From Bifidobacterium longum subsp. longum JCM 1217 (GTDB lineage: Bacteria > Actinomycetota > Actinomycetes > Actinomycetales > Bifidobacteriaceae), in assembly GCF_000196555.1 (NCBI RefSeq), contig NC_015067.1:1710001-1742000 (forward strand): a stretch of 32,000 nt of DNA, written 5' to 3'. The position numbers and the translations under genes were made by a program. The notes under the pieces are model-generated. The model saw only the letters and a list, made by a program, of their open reading frames with translations, had not been told where the DNA came from and made no database searches. Shown here in pieces: positions 19,839 to 27,643 of this stretch; the first letter of the stretch is position 1; every line of letters starts with the position of its first letter.

Positions 19839-21439
19839 GCGAGCACGATTACTGGCAAGTGGAATCGTCCGTTTACGGCGGAGTGGGATATGCGCCAGCC
19901 ACTCTTGAAGAATATGTCGTCATAGCCAAGGCTCTCGATGACGAGGCGGCAGGATTTGCGGCCATAGCCACGGCTTGGGAATCGGCCGCATTACAGTTGC
20001 AGTCACATCGGCATAGTGCGCCGATGTGCGTCACCTTGCAGTCGGGCGATCCGAGCGCCGTTGTTCCCGGCCATGTCACTGCACCATATGCCGCGCTGGG
20101 CAATCGGTGTTATGACCATGCAACGGCATGTCAGCGGTTGAGCGATGATCTGCGTGGCGCGGCCGATCTGCTGATTCGCGCACACTCTCTGTATTCTCAG
20201 GCGGAGATGACGGCTCGGCGCATGTTTACCGAATTATTGCAGGCCGGCACACAGGCCAAACCGGGATATGCCGCGGTGGGTGTTGCCGCTGTGGCGGCGG
20301 GCGGCTTTCTGGCCGGCTGGACTATTGACGGCAAACCGAATTCGGCATGGATGTCCACGTTCACCTATCCGTTCCAGGAAGGAGTGCTTAGCGGCGCGGG
20401 CGGAATCATTGGCGGCGTACCTATCGGCAAGAGCATTGCGCACACCGATGAGGTCAACAAGGCTGCGGGGAAAATCGCCAATTTCTCCGGCCCGGCGAAA
20501 GACGTCGTCCAAGGCAATCATCTGGACGTGCGCGAGGTGCAGGCGAATGCCGACGTCGTCCGCGCAAGCGGATCGGTGGCCGAGTCAATGGAGAATCTGC
20601 GCAGGCTCGCCGAAGAGCGGCTCGGCAAAATCGAGCTGAACAGCGGACTCGAATATGGGACCATCGCCATTCAACGCTATGAACGATCTGATGGAACCAA
20701 CTCCTGGCTGGTCACCATCCCGGGTACCGATGGACAGCCTGACTCACCATTTGGCTGGGCGCAGAACGTGGAACTGATGAGCGCCGATCAGGAGCGCCGC
20801 AGGAAAGCGGACAGCGCTCGCATGGTTGCCGAGGCGATGCGTCAGGCAGGCATCGGCAAGGATGAGCCCGTGGCGCTGATCGGCCATTCCCAGGGTGGTA
20901 TCGTTGCCGCCACGCTTGCCTCGGATTGGGCGGAGGAATATACCATCGAGCATGTGGTGACAGCCGGATCGCCGGTGGCCAATCATCCGATTCCGCAACG
21001 CACGTGGGTCACCAGCGTGGAAATCGATGATGAACTGGTCGCCGCACTGGATGGTGCCGCCAACCCGGTCACCGATAACTGGCTCACCGTACAAGGGCAT
21101 GTATCGCCCGCGCCCGCGGCAACACCATCCACAGTGCATTCGGACGGCTCATGCACTCCCGGCGCAACGCCCATCACCGGCCTGACCCCATATGACGCCG
21201 CACCCGTGGCTGGTTCGACCAACGGCAGGGAGTTGTCGCACTGGATCAAATACCATCAGGCCGCCTATCAGAACGCCACCGACCTCGGCTCCCCCGCCGT
21301 GCAACGCCACGAAGCCCATTTCCAGGAAGTTATCAACGGAGAGCTCAAGGAAACCCGCTACTACCAAGGCCGCATGACCCAGTCCGCGACCATTGCCCCT
21401 AGCGAGCGAACCACCGAGTTCAGCACGTTCGGCGGTTAA
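19835..21439 (+). CDS. WXG100-like N-terminal domain, hydrophobic linker and alpha/beta-hydrolase (lipase/esterase-like) protein
   Basis: 534 aa from ATG 19835. N-terminus has ATAWESAALQL and HSLYSQAEMTARRMF (YxxxE). Hydrophobic stretch YAAVGVAAVAAGGFLAGW. WLVTIPGTDG strand and nucleophile elbow ALIGHSQGG (20882-20899). Confidence 0.75.
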   Translation: MSEHDYWQVESSVYGGVGYAPATLEEYVVIAKALDDEAAGFAAIATAWESAALQLQSHRHSAPMCVTLQSGDPSAVVPGHVTAPYAALGNRCYDHATACQRLSDDLRGAADLLIRAHSLYSQAEMTARRMFTELLQAGTQAKPGYAAVGVAAVAAGGFLAGWTIDGKPNSAWMSTFTYPFQEGVLSGAGGIIGGVPIGKSIAHTDEVNKAAGKIANFSGPAKDVVQGNHLDVREVQANADVVRASGSVAESMENLRRLAEERLGKIELNSGLEYGTIAIQRYERSDGTNSWLVTIPGTDGQPDSPFGWAQNVELMSADQERRRKADSARMVAEAMRQAGIGKDEPVALIGHSQGGIVAATLASDWAEEYTIEHVVTAGSPVANHPIPQRTWVTSVEIDDELVAALDGAANPVTDNWLTVQGHVSPAPAATPSTVHSDGSCTPGATPITGLTPYDAAPVAGSTNGRELSHWIKYHQAAYQNATDLGSPAVQRHEAHFQEVINGELKETRYYQGRMTQSATIAPSERTTEFSTFGG

Positions 21440-21454
21440 AAGTAAATACCACAC

Positions 21455-21470
21455 TTGACAGAGTTGTCAA
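21455..21470. promoter_or_regulatory. Palindrome TTGACA-GAGT-TGTCAA upstream of hicA (candidate -35 region and HicB operator)
   Basis: Perfect 6-bp inverted repeat lying 20 nt upstream of the hicA ATG. A TATAAT hexamer sits at 21486-21491. Confidence 0.35.
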
Positions 21471-21489
21471 GAAAGGAGTTAACAATATA

Positions 21490-21709
21490 ATGACGAGTAG
21501 GAGATGGCTCATCAAACTGATGAAGCAAGCGGCAGAACGCAAGAATGTCACGTTTGAAAGTATCAGGCAAGGAGGGAGTCATGAGATATTCCAACTCGAC
21601 GGACTTATGATTCCCCATCCCACGACATAACGAAATCGACAACAACCTCGCGGACATTATTTGCAAAGAAGCAGAAGCCAAACTCGGGAAAGGCTGGTAT
21701 CAGCAGTGA
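21490..21709 (+). pseudogene. hicA: HicA-family toxin gene disrupted by a +1 frameshift
   Basis: ATG 21490 (AAGGAG at 21473-21478) encodes MTSRRWLIKLMKQAAERKNVTFESIRQGGSHEIFQLDGLMIPHPTT, then a stop at 21628-21630. The +1 frame continues PRHNEIDNNLADIICKEAEAKLGKGWYQQ to the TGA at 21707-21709. Removing one C from the CCCC run at 21613-21616 restores a 72-aa HicA with the conserved IPxPRHxEI block. Confidence 0.75.
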
Positions 21710-22071
21710 AAACATATCAGGTCATCGTTCGCCCTGGCGAAAAATACTGGATTCTTGAGATTCCCGGTATCGGTTTCACGCAGGCAAGAACAACAGCAGA
21801 GATTGAAAGTATGGCACGCGACCTTATCACCGTCATGACACAAGATGCTGATTTCGCACTCACCGTAGAGACAAAGCTGCCGCAATCCGTGCAGGAGCAT
21901 CTTGATGAAGCTCGGCGACTGCGCAAGGAAGAAGCGGAATGCAGATCGAACGCAGCGCGGGAAACTCGCGCCGCGGCACAAGAACTACATGGCATGGGTC
22001 TCGCCCTACAGCAAATAGGCGATATACTCGGGGTCTCACGGCAACGGGCACATCAACTTGTCAATGCTTAG
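21706..22071 (+). CDS. hicB: HicB-family antitoxin with a C-terminal helix-turn-helix
   Basis: GTG 21706 overlaps the restored hicA stop (GTGA). VKTYQVIVRPGEKYWILEIPGIGFTQARTTAEIESMARDLI matches a HicB N-terminal fold. C-terminal HTH LQQIGDILGVSRQRAHQLV. Confidence 0.8.
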   Translation: MKTYQVIVRPGEKYWILEIPGIGFTQARTTAEIESMARDLITVMTQDADFALTVETKLPQSVQEHLDEARRLRKEEAECRSNAARETRAAAQELHGMGLALQQIGDILGVSRQRAHQLVNA

Positions 22072-22117
22072 CATCAATCGGCTACCCCACAATGCAATCA
22101 CCGCAGAGACGCGGCTA

Positions 22118-22196
22118 GCGCCACTTTCCCGGGATTGTTGCGCCAGCATGCCCGAACCCCCCCTCTATCAGCGCAACATTCCCGGGAGAGTGGCGC
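22118..22196. repeat. 79-bp palindromic element (26-bp arms, 27-bp spacer) between convergent hicB and ykoE-like genes
   Basis: The arm at 22118-22143 (gcgccactttcccgggattgttgcgc) matches the reverse complement of 22171-22196 at 24 of 26 positions. Each arm contains the self-palindrome tcccggga. Confidence 0.75.
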
Positions 22197-22206
22197 GCAA
22201 AGAGTG

Positions 22207-22848
22207 TCAGGCGCGTCGCTCGATGAGTGCGCGGCCGGATGCGAGGCGGTCGAGCACACCGGTTTTGGCGATGGCCAGCATCAGATACCAGGCCATCACG
22301 CCGCTGATAAGCACGCCGCCGGTGACCTCGGAAATCATGTGCACAATGCCACGCGGGCTGACGAATGACACACCCACGTAGCGAAACAGCATCAGATATG
22401 TGCCGTATTCCAAGGCGACCAACGCACCGGATGCAATGGAAATCGGCAGATTGAACATGCGGTAACGGGTCAAGGCGAACGGAATCTCAGCGAAAACACC
22501 TTGCAACAGCGCCGAGATAATCACGAAGCCCAAATCGAACTGGCTACCAATCACCGTTTCGACCAGCGTGCCGATAAGGTTCACGTACAGCGCCGCTCCG
22601 GGTTTGCGCAGAATCAGCACCGCCAGCGTACCGGAGAAGTACCAGACGGCGTGCACGATGCTGGCGAAACCGGGCAGAATCGCGCCGAATACCGAAGAGA
22701 TCGGCATGTACGCGAAGTTGAATCCCCAGAAGATCACGCCGCAGGCCGCACCCAGCGTGGCACCGACCGCGATATCCAACGGCTGCCATTTCAGTGACGA
22801 TACGGCAATCGGACGTTTCGGAAGAGTATGAATGGTGGTTGCAGGCAT
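22207..22848 (-). CDS. ECF-transporter substrate-capture (S) component, YkoE-like
   Basis: 213 aa with about six TM helices. The block ...LILRKPGAALYVNLIGTLVETVIG... resembles B. subtilis YkoE (MIRKPGAALVSEIIAALVECLLG). No EcfA or EcfT genes are adjacent. Confidence 0.7.
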   Translation of the reverse strand: MPATTIHTLPKRPIAVSSLKWQPLDIAVGATLGAACGVIFWGFNFAYMPISSVFGAILPGFASIVHAVWYFSGTLAVLILRKPGAALYVNLIGTLVETVIGSQFDLGFVIISALLQGVFAEIPFALTRYRMFNLPISIASGALVALEYGTYLMLFRYVGVSFVSPRGIVHMISEVTGGVLISGVMAWYLMLAIAKTGVLDRLASGRALIERRA

Positions 22849-22980
22849 GGTGATCTCCTAGCCTTAAAGGCCGCACACAGTAATCGAACCACGGGCGTTC
22901 CTTGACCTGTGCGGCTCGGGCGGGAACGCCGCACCACAGTATAGCCGCTCGGTTCACGGCTGGAAGTACCCTTGGAGGTT

Positions 22981-24417
22981 ATGAAGCTTACCGATATTTC
23001 CCCCGCAATCGCATTGACCCCACTCGACGGCCGTTATCACAAGGCCACCGCCCCGCTCGTCGAATACATGAGCGAACCTGCCCTGAACCGCGAACGCATG
23101 CGTGTCGAAGTCGAATGGATGATTCTTCTGGCCAACGGCTTTGAGGGCAACGGCAACCAGCCGATCGTTGACGGCGTCAAGCCGTTCACTGCCGAAGAGC
23201 AGGCCTTCCTGCGCGCCATTCCCGAGGACTTCGGCGCCGAAGGCATCAAGCAGCACGCCGCTCATGAGGCCATCACCCACCACGATGTGAAGGCCGTGGA
23301 GTACTACATCGATGATCAGATCGACAAGGCTCCGGCCGAGCTGACCAACATCAACGACGAGCTGAAGACCCTCGTGCACTTCGCCTGCACGTCCGAAGAC
23401 ATCAACAACCTCTCCATCGCCCGTTGCGTCAAGAACGCGATGGAAAACGTGTGGACCCCGGAGTTCAAGCGCATCATCGACCACCTCGCCGGCAAGGCCG
23501 AGGAATTCAAGGATATGCCGCTGCTCTCTCTCACCCACGGCCAGCCGGCCACGCCGACCACACTCGGCAAGGAGCTCGCCGTCTACGTCTACCGTCTGAA
23601 CCGTCAGCTCAAGCACATCGAAAACCAGGAGTACTTGGGCAAGATCAACGGCGCGACCGGCACGTTCGGCGCCCACCTGGCCGCATGCCCGGATGTCGAC
23701 TGGGTCGCCGTCTCCCGCGAATTCGTCACCAACCGCATGGGCCTGACCTGGAACCCGCTGACCACGCAGATCGAAAGCCACGACTGGCAGGCCGAGCTGT
23801 ACTCCACCGTCTCCCACGCCAACCGCATCATGCACAACCTGTGTGTGGACGTGTGGATGTACATCTCCCGTGGAGTGTTCGCCCAGGTGCCGGTCAAGGG
23901 TGCCACTGGTTCCTCCACCATGCCGCACAAGGTCAACCCGATTCGTTTCGAGAACGCCGAAGCCAACTTCGAAATCAGCTGCTCGCTGCTCGACACCCTC
24001 TCCGCCACGCTGGTGGAATCCCGTTGGCAGCGCGATCTGACCGATTCGACCACCCAGCGCAACATCGGTTCCGCGCTCGGCTACTCCTTGCTCGCCCTGA
24101 CCAACCTCATGGGCGGCCTTGAGTCCATCCACCCGAACACCCACGTCATCGAGCGTGAGCTTGATGAGAACTGGGAGGTGCTTGGCGAGCCGATCCAAAC
24201 CGCCATGCGCGCCTGCGAGCTCAAGGGCCTGCCGGGCATGGACAAGCCGTACGAGAAGGTCAAGGAGCTTATGCGCGGCCACACCATCAACAAGGAACAG
24301 GTCGAGCAGTTCATCGACCAGCAGTCCTTCGACCCGGAAACCGCCGCTCGCTTGAAGGCTCTGACCCCCGCCACCTACACCGGTGTGGCCAGCCAGCTCG
24401 TCGCTTTCGACCGCTGA
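22981..24417 (+). CDS. purB: Adenylosuccinate lyase
   Basis: MKLTDISPAIALTPLDGRYH..., with fumarate-lyase signature GSSTMPHKVNPIRFENAEAN. ATG 22981 is preceded by a GGAGG Shine-Dalgarno. The ORF-track TTG at 22972 is less likely. Confidence 0.95.
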   Translation: MKLTDISPAIALTPLDGRYHKATAPLVEYMSEPALNRERMRVEVEWMILLANGFEGNGNQPIVDGVKPFTAEEQAFLRAIPEDFGAEGIKQHAAHEAITHHDVKAVEYYIDDQIDKAPAELTNINDELKTLVHFACTSEDINNLSIARCVKNAMENVWTPEFKRIIDHLAGKAEEFKDMPLLSLTHGQPATPTTLGKELAVYVYRLNRQLKHIENQEYLGKINGATGTFGAHLAACPDVDWVAVSREFVTNRMGLTWNPLTTQIESHDWQAELYSTVSHANRIMHNLCVDVWMYISRGVFAQVPVKGATGSSTMPHKVNPIRFENAEANFEISCSLLDTLSATLVESRWQRDLTDSTTQRNIGSALGYSLLALTNLMGGLESIHPNTHVIERELDENWEVLGEPIQTAMRACELKGLPGMDKPYEKVKELMRGHTINKEQVEQFIDQQSFDPETAARLKALTPATYTGVASQLVAFDR

Positions 24418-24539
24418 AATAGGTGCGATGCGAGTCCCTCGAGCCCCTCGAATCCCTCGCATCCACCACACTACTGCGCTGAGTCACAAACCGAACCGCA
24501 AACTGAACCGAACAAGGACAGGCGTCAGGTAACCATTTC

Positions 24540-27101
24540 ATGACTACTGAACAGGATCAGTCCACTACGGAAGATCGCCCGAACAAGGCGACCTCCTCCA
24601 CTACCGACCGGCCGATCGCCTCTGGTGACGGCCGGTCGGCCAGTTTTGCTGTCAGCGGACCGGACAGCCCGGCAACCGACGACAGCAACGATTCCGGACC
24701 GTACATCGACGACATCGCTCCGCGCCGCACGCGCGACTTCGGCGATCTGACCCGGGCCGGTCTGTCGCTGTTGATGGCCGCCGTGGTCATGGTGTTCGCC
24801 GTGTATCTGGGCGGCATGACGCGCGGCGTCGAATCCGACGCACACACCGCAGCCCAGGTCATCAACTGGTTGGCTGACTTCCCCTCCACCGTGCTGACGC
24901 AGCTGGCCACCACGGTCATCGTAGTTATCGTGCTCGCTCAGTTGCTCTTGGCCCGCGAATGGCTGCAAGCTGCGGTGTCCGCGCTGGCCATGTTTGCCGG
25001 ATACGGCATGGTGTGGGTCATATCGACGGCAATCAGCAGTCTGAACGATTTCACCCTGCCAATGGCACTGGTCTCAGCCGCCACCTCATACGGCTCCGGG
25101 CTGTTGCCCGACATCTACGCCGGCATGGCGTCCTTCCTGACCGCCGCCGGGCCACGCCGTACCCGCTCCACGGTCAAATGGAGTTGGAATATCCTGTATG
25201 CCATCGCCGCGGTGATGGTGGTGCTTTCGTGGCATTCGGTTACCGGCATGCTGGTTTCGATGGCCGCCGGTCGCACGGTGGGCATGCTTATCCGATTCGT
25301 GGTCGGCACGCAGAATAAAGGCGTGTGGGGCAAAGATCTCGTCGCAGTGCTCTCAAGCATCGGATTAGAGACCACCTCACTCATCCGGCATCAGGAGCCC
25401 GGAATCAGCCATGGCTCATTGTCTGCCACGTTGGATGACGATTTGACGGAAGGCTCGCGCATCTACGATGTGGAGACCGCGAATAACCGTCGTTTTATCG
25501 TTTCCGTCATCGACGCGCAAACCCATACCGTCGGCTATCTGAAGCAACTCTGGGATTGGGTGCGTTTTACCAGCGTGTCCATTCGACGCGATCGTTCCGT
25601 GCGCGACGCCGTTCAGCATCACTTTGCCATGCTGCTCGGCCTGCACAATATCAAACTGCCCGCGCCCTCCCCATACGGCATCGCCGATACGGACGAGTCC
25701 GCGATTCTGGTGCTGGATGCGCACACCATCGAGTTGCCCGCCAACCTGAACACGCTTACCAAGGCGGATGCCGTAGCGTATATGCGATATCTGTCCGTGG
25801 CAAATCGCCGTGGATATACGCACCGACGCATCACGCCTGATACGCTCGCCCGGCTCGAAGATGGCACTGCGGTTATCGCCGGCTGGCTGAATGGCGACAG
25901 CGCTTCCGGCCCGGCCAATACCGCACTTGACAAGGTTCAGCTACTCGCGTTGTTCGCCGCACTGATCGGCGTGAAACCGGCAGTCGCGGCCGCCCGCGAA
26001 GCTTGGGGAGACACGACGTTGACCACGTTGGCCCCGTTCATTCAGAAAGTCGCGGTCCCCTCCCCCACACGCGCATTGGGCACGTGGGACAAGCAGCTGC
26101 TCAAGGAACTGCGAGACCACATCAACACCATAATCGATGAGGAGACCGCCGAATCCGCCGAGCCGGTGACGCTGGCCCGCTTCTCTTGGCGTTCGATGAT
26201 CACCATGCTGCTGGTCATCGTGGCCGTGGTCGTGGTCTTCACCCAACTGAAGCCCGAGGAGATCATCACCGCGCTGACCAACGCCAACCCGTTGATGGCG
26301 GTGGTGACGCTCGCGTTCGGTGTCTGCGGCTGGATCGGCTCGTCGATTTCGCTCGGTTCCCTGATGGCGCGGCACAAGCGTGACAATATGGGCGTCTTCA
26401 TGAGCCAGGTGGCAGGCGGCTTCGCCACCGTATCCATGCCAGCCGGCGTGGGCCCCTCGTTCGTCAACCTGCAGTTCCTGCGCAAATCCGGCTATCGCAA
26501 CACCCAGGCGACCGCAATTATGAGCGCCGCGCTCGTGGTGTATTACGCCGTGTACTTCTCCATGCTGGTCATCATCGGCCTGTTCACCGGCCGCAACATG
26601 TTCTCCGGCGCAATCCCGACAAACACGTTGGTTATCGTGCTGGGCGTTGTGGTCGTGGTGCTGTCCATTGCGATGATGATTCCGCCGTTGCGCCACTGGG
26701 TGACCCGTCGTCTTATGCCGCTGGCCAAGACGTATATCAACCAGCTGCTGGACGTGCTTTCCCAGCCCCGACAGCTCACAGTCAGCTGCCTAGGCGCGCT
26801 GTTCCAGAACGCGACCACTGGGCTCGCTTTCTGGGCGGCCCTGCAAGCGTTCGGCTATTCATCGAATCCGATTGAAACGACGTTCGTCTTCCTGCTGGCC
26901 TATGCATTGGGTTCCGCAGTGCCCACTCCAGGCGGTCTGGGCGGTGTGGAAGCGGCGCTGACATTCGCGTTCGTGGCGGTCGGAGTGCCGCAGGGCGTGG
27001 CGCTTTCCGCCACTTTGCTGCACCGCGTGGTGTTCTACTGGCTGCGCATTCCGCTGGGCGCGGCGGCCATGAAGTGGCTTGACAAGCATAATCTTGTCTG
27101 A
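24540..27101 (+). CDS. Large polytopic membrane protein with a C-terminal UPF0104/LPG-synthase-TM (MprF flippase-like) domain
   Basis: 853 aa. N-terminal multi-TM block, a central ~300-aa soluble region, and C-terminal TM bundle ending in PTPGGLGGVEAALTFAFVAVGVPQGVALSATLLHRVVFYWL, typical of the UPF0104 family. Confidence 0.75.
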   Translation: MTTEQDQSTTEDRPNKATSSTTDRPIASGDGRSASFAVSGPDSPATDDSNDSGPYIDDIAPRRTRDFGDLTRAGLSLLMAAVVMVFAVYLGGMTRGVESDAHTAAQVINWLADFPSTVLTQLATTVIVVIVLAQLLLAREWLQAAVSALAMFAGYGMVWVISTAISSLNDFTLPMALVSAATSYGSGLLPDIYAGMASFLTAAGPRRTRSTVKWSWNILYAIAAVMVVLSWHSVTGMLVSMAAGRTVGMLIRFVVGTQNKGVWGKDLVAVLSSIGLETTSLIRHQEPGISHGSLSATLDDDLTEGSRIYDVETANNRRFIVSVIDAQTHTVGYLKQLWDWVRFTSVSIRRDRSVRDAVQHHFAMLLGLHNIKLPAPSPYGIADTDESAILVLDAHTIELPANLNTLTKADAVAYMRYLSVANRRGYTHRRITPDTLARLEDGTAVIAGWLNGDSASGPANTALDKVQLLALFAALIGVKPAVAAAREAWGDTTLTTLAPFIQKVAVPSPTRALGTWDKQLLKELRDHINTIIDEETAESAEPVTLARFSWRSMITMLLVIVAVVVVFTQLKPEEIITALTNANPLMAVVTLAFGVCGWIGSSISLGSLMARHKRDNMGVFMSQVAGGFATVSMPAGVGPSFVNLQFLRKSGYRNTQATAIMSAALVVYYAVYFSMLVIIGLFTGRNMFSGAIPTNTLVIVLGVVVVVLSIAMMIPPLRHWVTRRLMPLAKTYINQLLDVLSQPRQLTVSCLGALFQNATTGLAFWAALQAFGYSSNPIETTFVFLLAYALGSAVPTPGGLGGVEAALTFAFVAVGVPQGVALSATLLHRVVFYWLRIPLGAAAMKWLDKHNLV

Positions 27102-27105
27102 TTCG

Positions 27106-27136
27106 TCTATTTTCATACCCCCTTCGGGGAAATAGA
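27106..27136 (+). terminator. Hairpin just after the UPF0104 gene (candidate terminator)
   Basis: tctattt (27106-27112) pairs with aaataga (27130-27136) around a cccc-ttc-gggg core. A second hairpin, gaaaaccc/gggttttc, lies at 27140-27166. No clean T-run follows. Confidence 0.4.
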
Positions 27137-27246
27137 TGTGAAAACCCTTATAAAACGCGGGTTTTCGCAGAAACATGCGCTAGTATCATTGATGACAACA
27201 TGGACTAAGCAAAAGTGCTTGTCCCCTGACCCAAGAAGGATGCTTT

Positions 27247-27528
27247 ATGGCATACAACAAGTCTGACCTCGTTTCGAAGATCGCCCAGAAGTCCAACCTG
27301 ACCAAGGCTCAGGCCGAGGCTGCTGTTAACGCCTTCCAGGATGTGTTCGTCGAGGCTATGAAGTCCGGCGAAGGCCTGAAGCTCACCGGCCTGTTCTCCG
27401 CTGAGCGCGTCAAGCGCGCCGCTCGCACCGGCCGCAACCCGCGCACTGGCGAGCAGATTGACATTCCGGCTTCCTACGGCGTTCGTATCTCCGCTGGCTC
27501 CCTGCTGAAGAAGGCCGTCACCGAGTGA
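27247..27528 (+). CDS. hup: Nucleoid-associated DNA-binding protein HU
   Basis: 93 aa. MAYNKSDLVSKIAQKSNLTKAQAEAAVNAF...RTGRNPRTGEQIDIPAS is canonical HU/IHF. AAGAAGGA Shine-Dalgarno upstream. Confidence 0.95.
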   Translation: MAYNKSDLVSKIAQKSNLTKAQAEAAVNAFQDVFVEAMKSGEGLKLTGLFSAERVKRAARTGRNPRTGEQIDIPASYGVRISAGSLLKKAVTE

Positions 27529-27571
27529 CCTTCTGCTCGTAGCGATTACTTCGAGCATTACTGACGACAAA

Positions 27572-27602
27572 GACCCCGACCGAGATGGTCGGGGTCTTTT
27601 TG
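27572..27602 (+). terminator. Intrinsic terminator of hup
   Basis: gaccccgacc-gagat-ggtcggggtc (10-bp stem) followed by TTTTTG. Confidence 0.85.
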
Positions 27603-27643
27603 TTGTGGTGCTGTGACGTGTTGTCCAACCGTATTATTCCGGA

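Noticed and set aside
21436-21681. 81-aa - strand ORF in the AT-rich islet
   Set aside because: The + strand here encodes a recognisable, though frameshifted, HicA with its own Shine-Dalgarno and GTGA coupling to hicB. The - strand product has no similarity to anything I recognise.
22849-22980. Expected TPP (THI-box) riboswitch upstream of the ykoE-like gene
   Set aside because: I looked on the - strand for the conserved CUGAGA and ACCUGAUCUGG...GCCAGCG cores and found neither. It is reported as an unknown structured leader, not as a TPP riboswitch.
24427-24463. Three tandem 9-nt units (tccctcgag, cccctcgaa, tccctcgca) after purB, considered as a mini-array or CRISPR-like repeat
   Set aside because: Far too short, with no spacers. 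It is better explained as the loop of a gatgcgag/ctcgcatc hairpin downstream of purB. No T-run follows, so it is not called a terminator either.
22954-24471. 505-aa ORF antisense to purB
   Set aside because: Same high-GC artefact. The purB frame carries the fumarate-lyase signature and the antisense product has no recognisable features.
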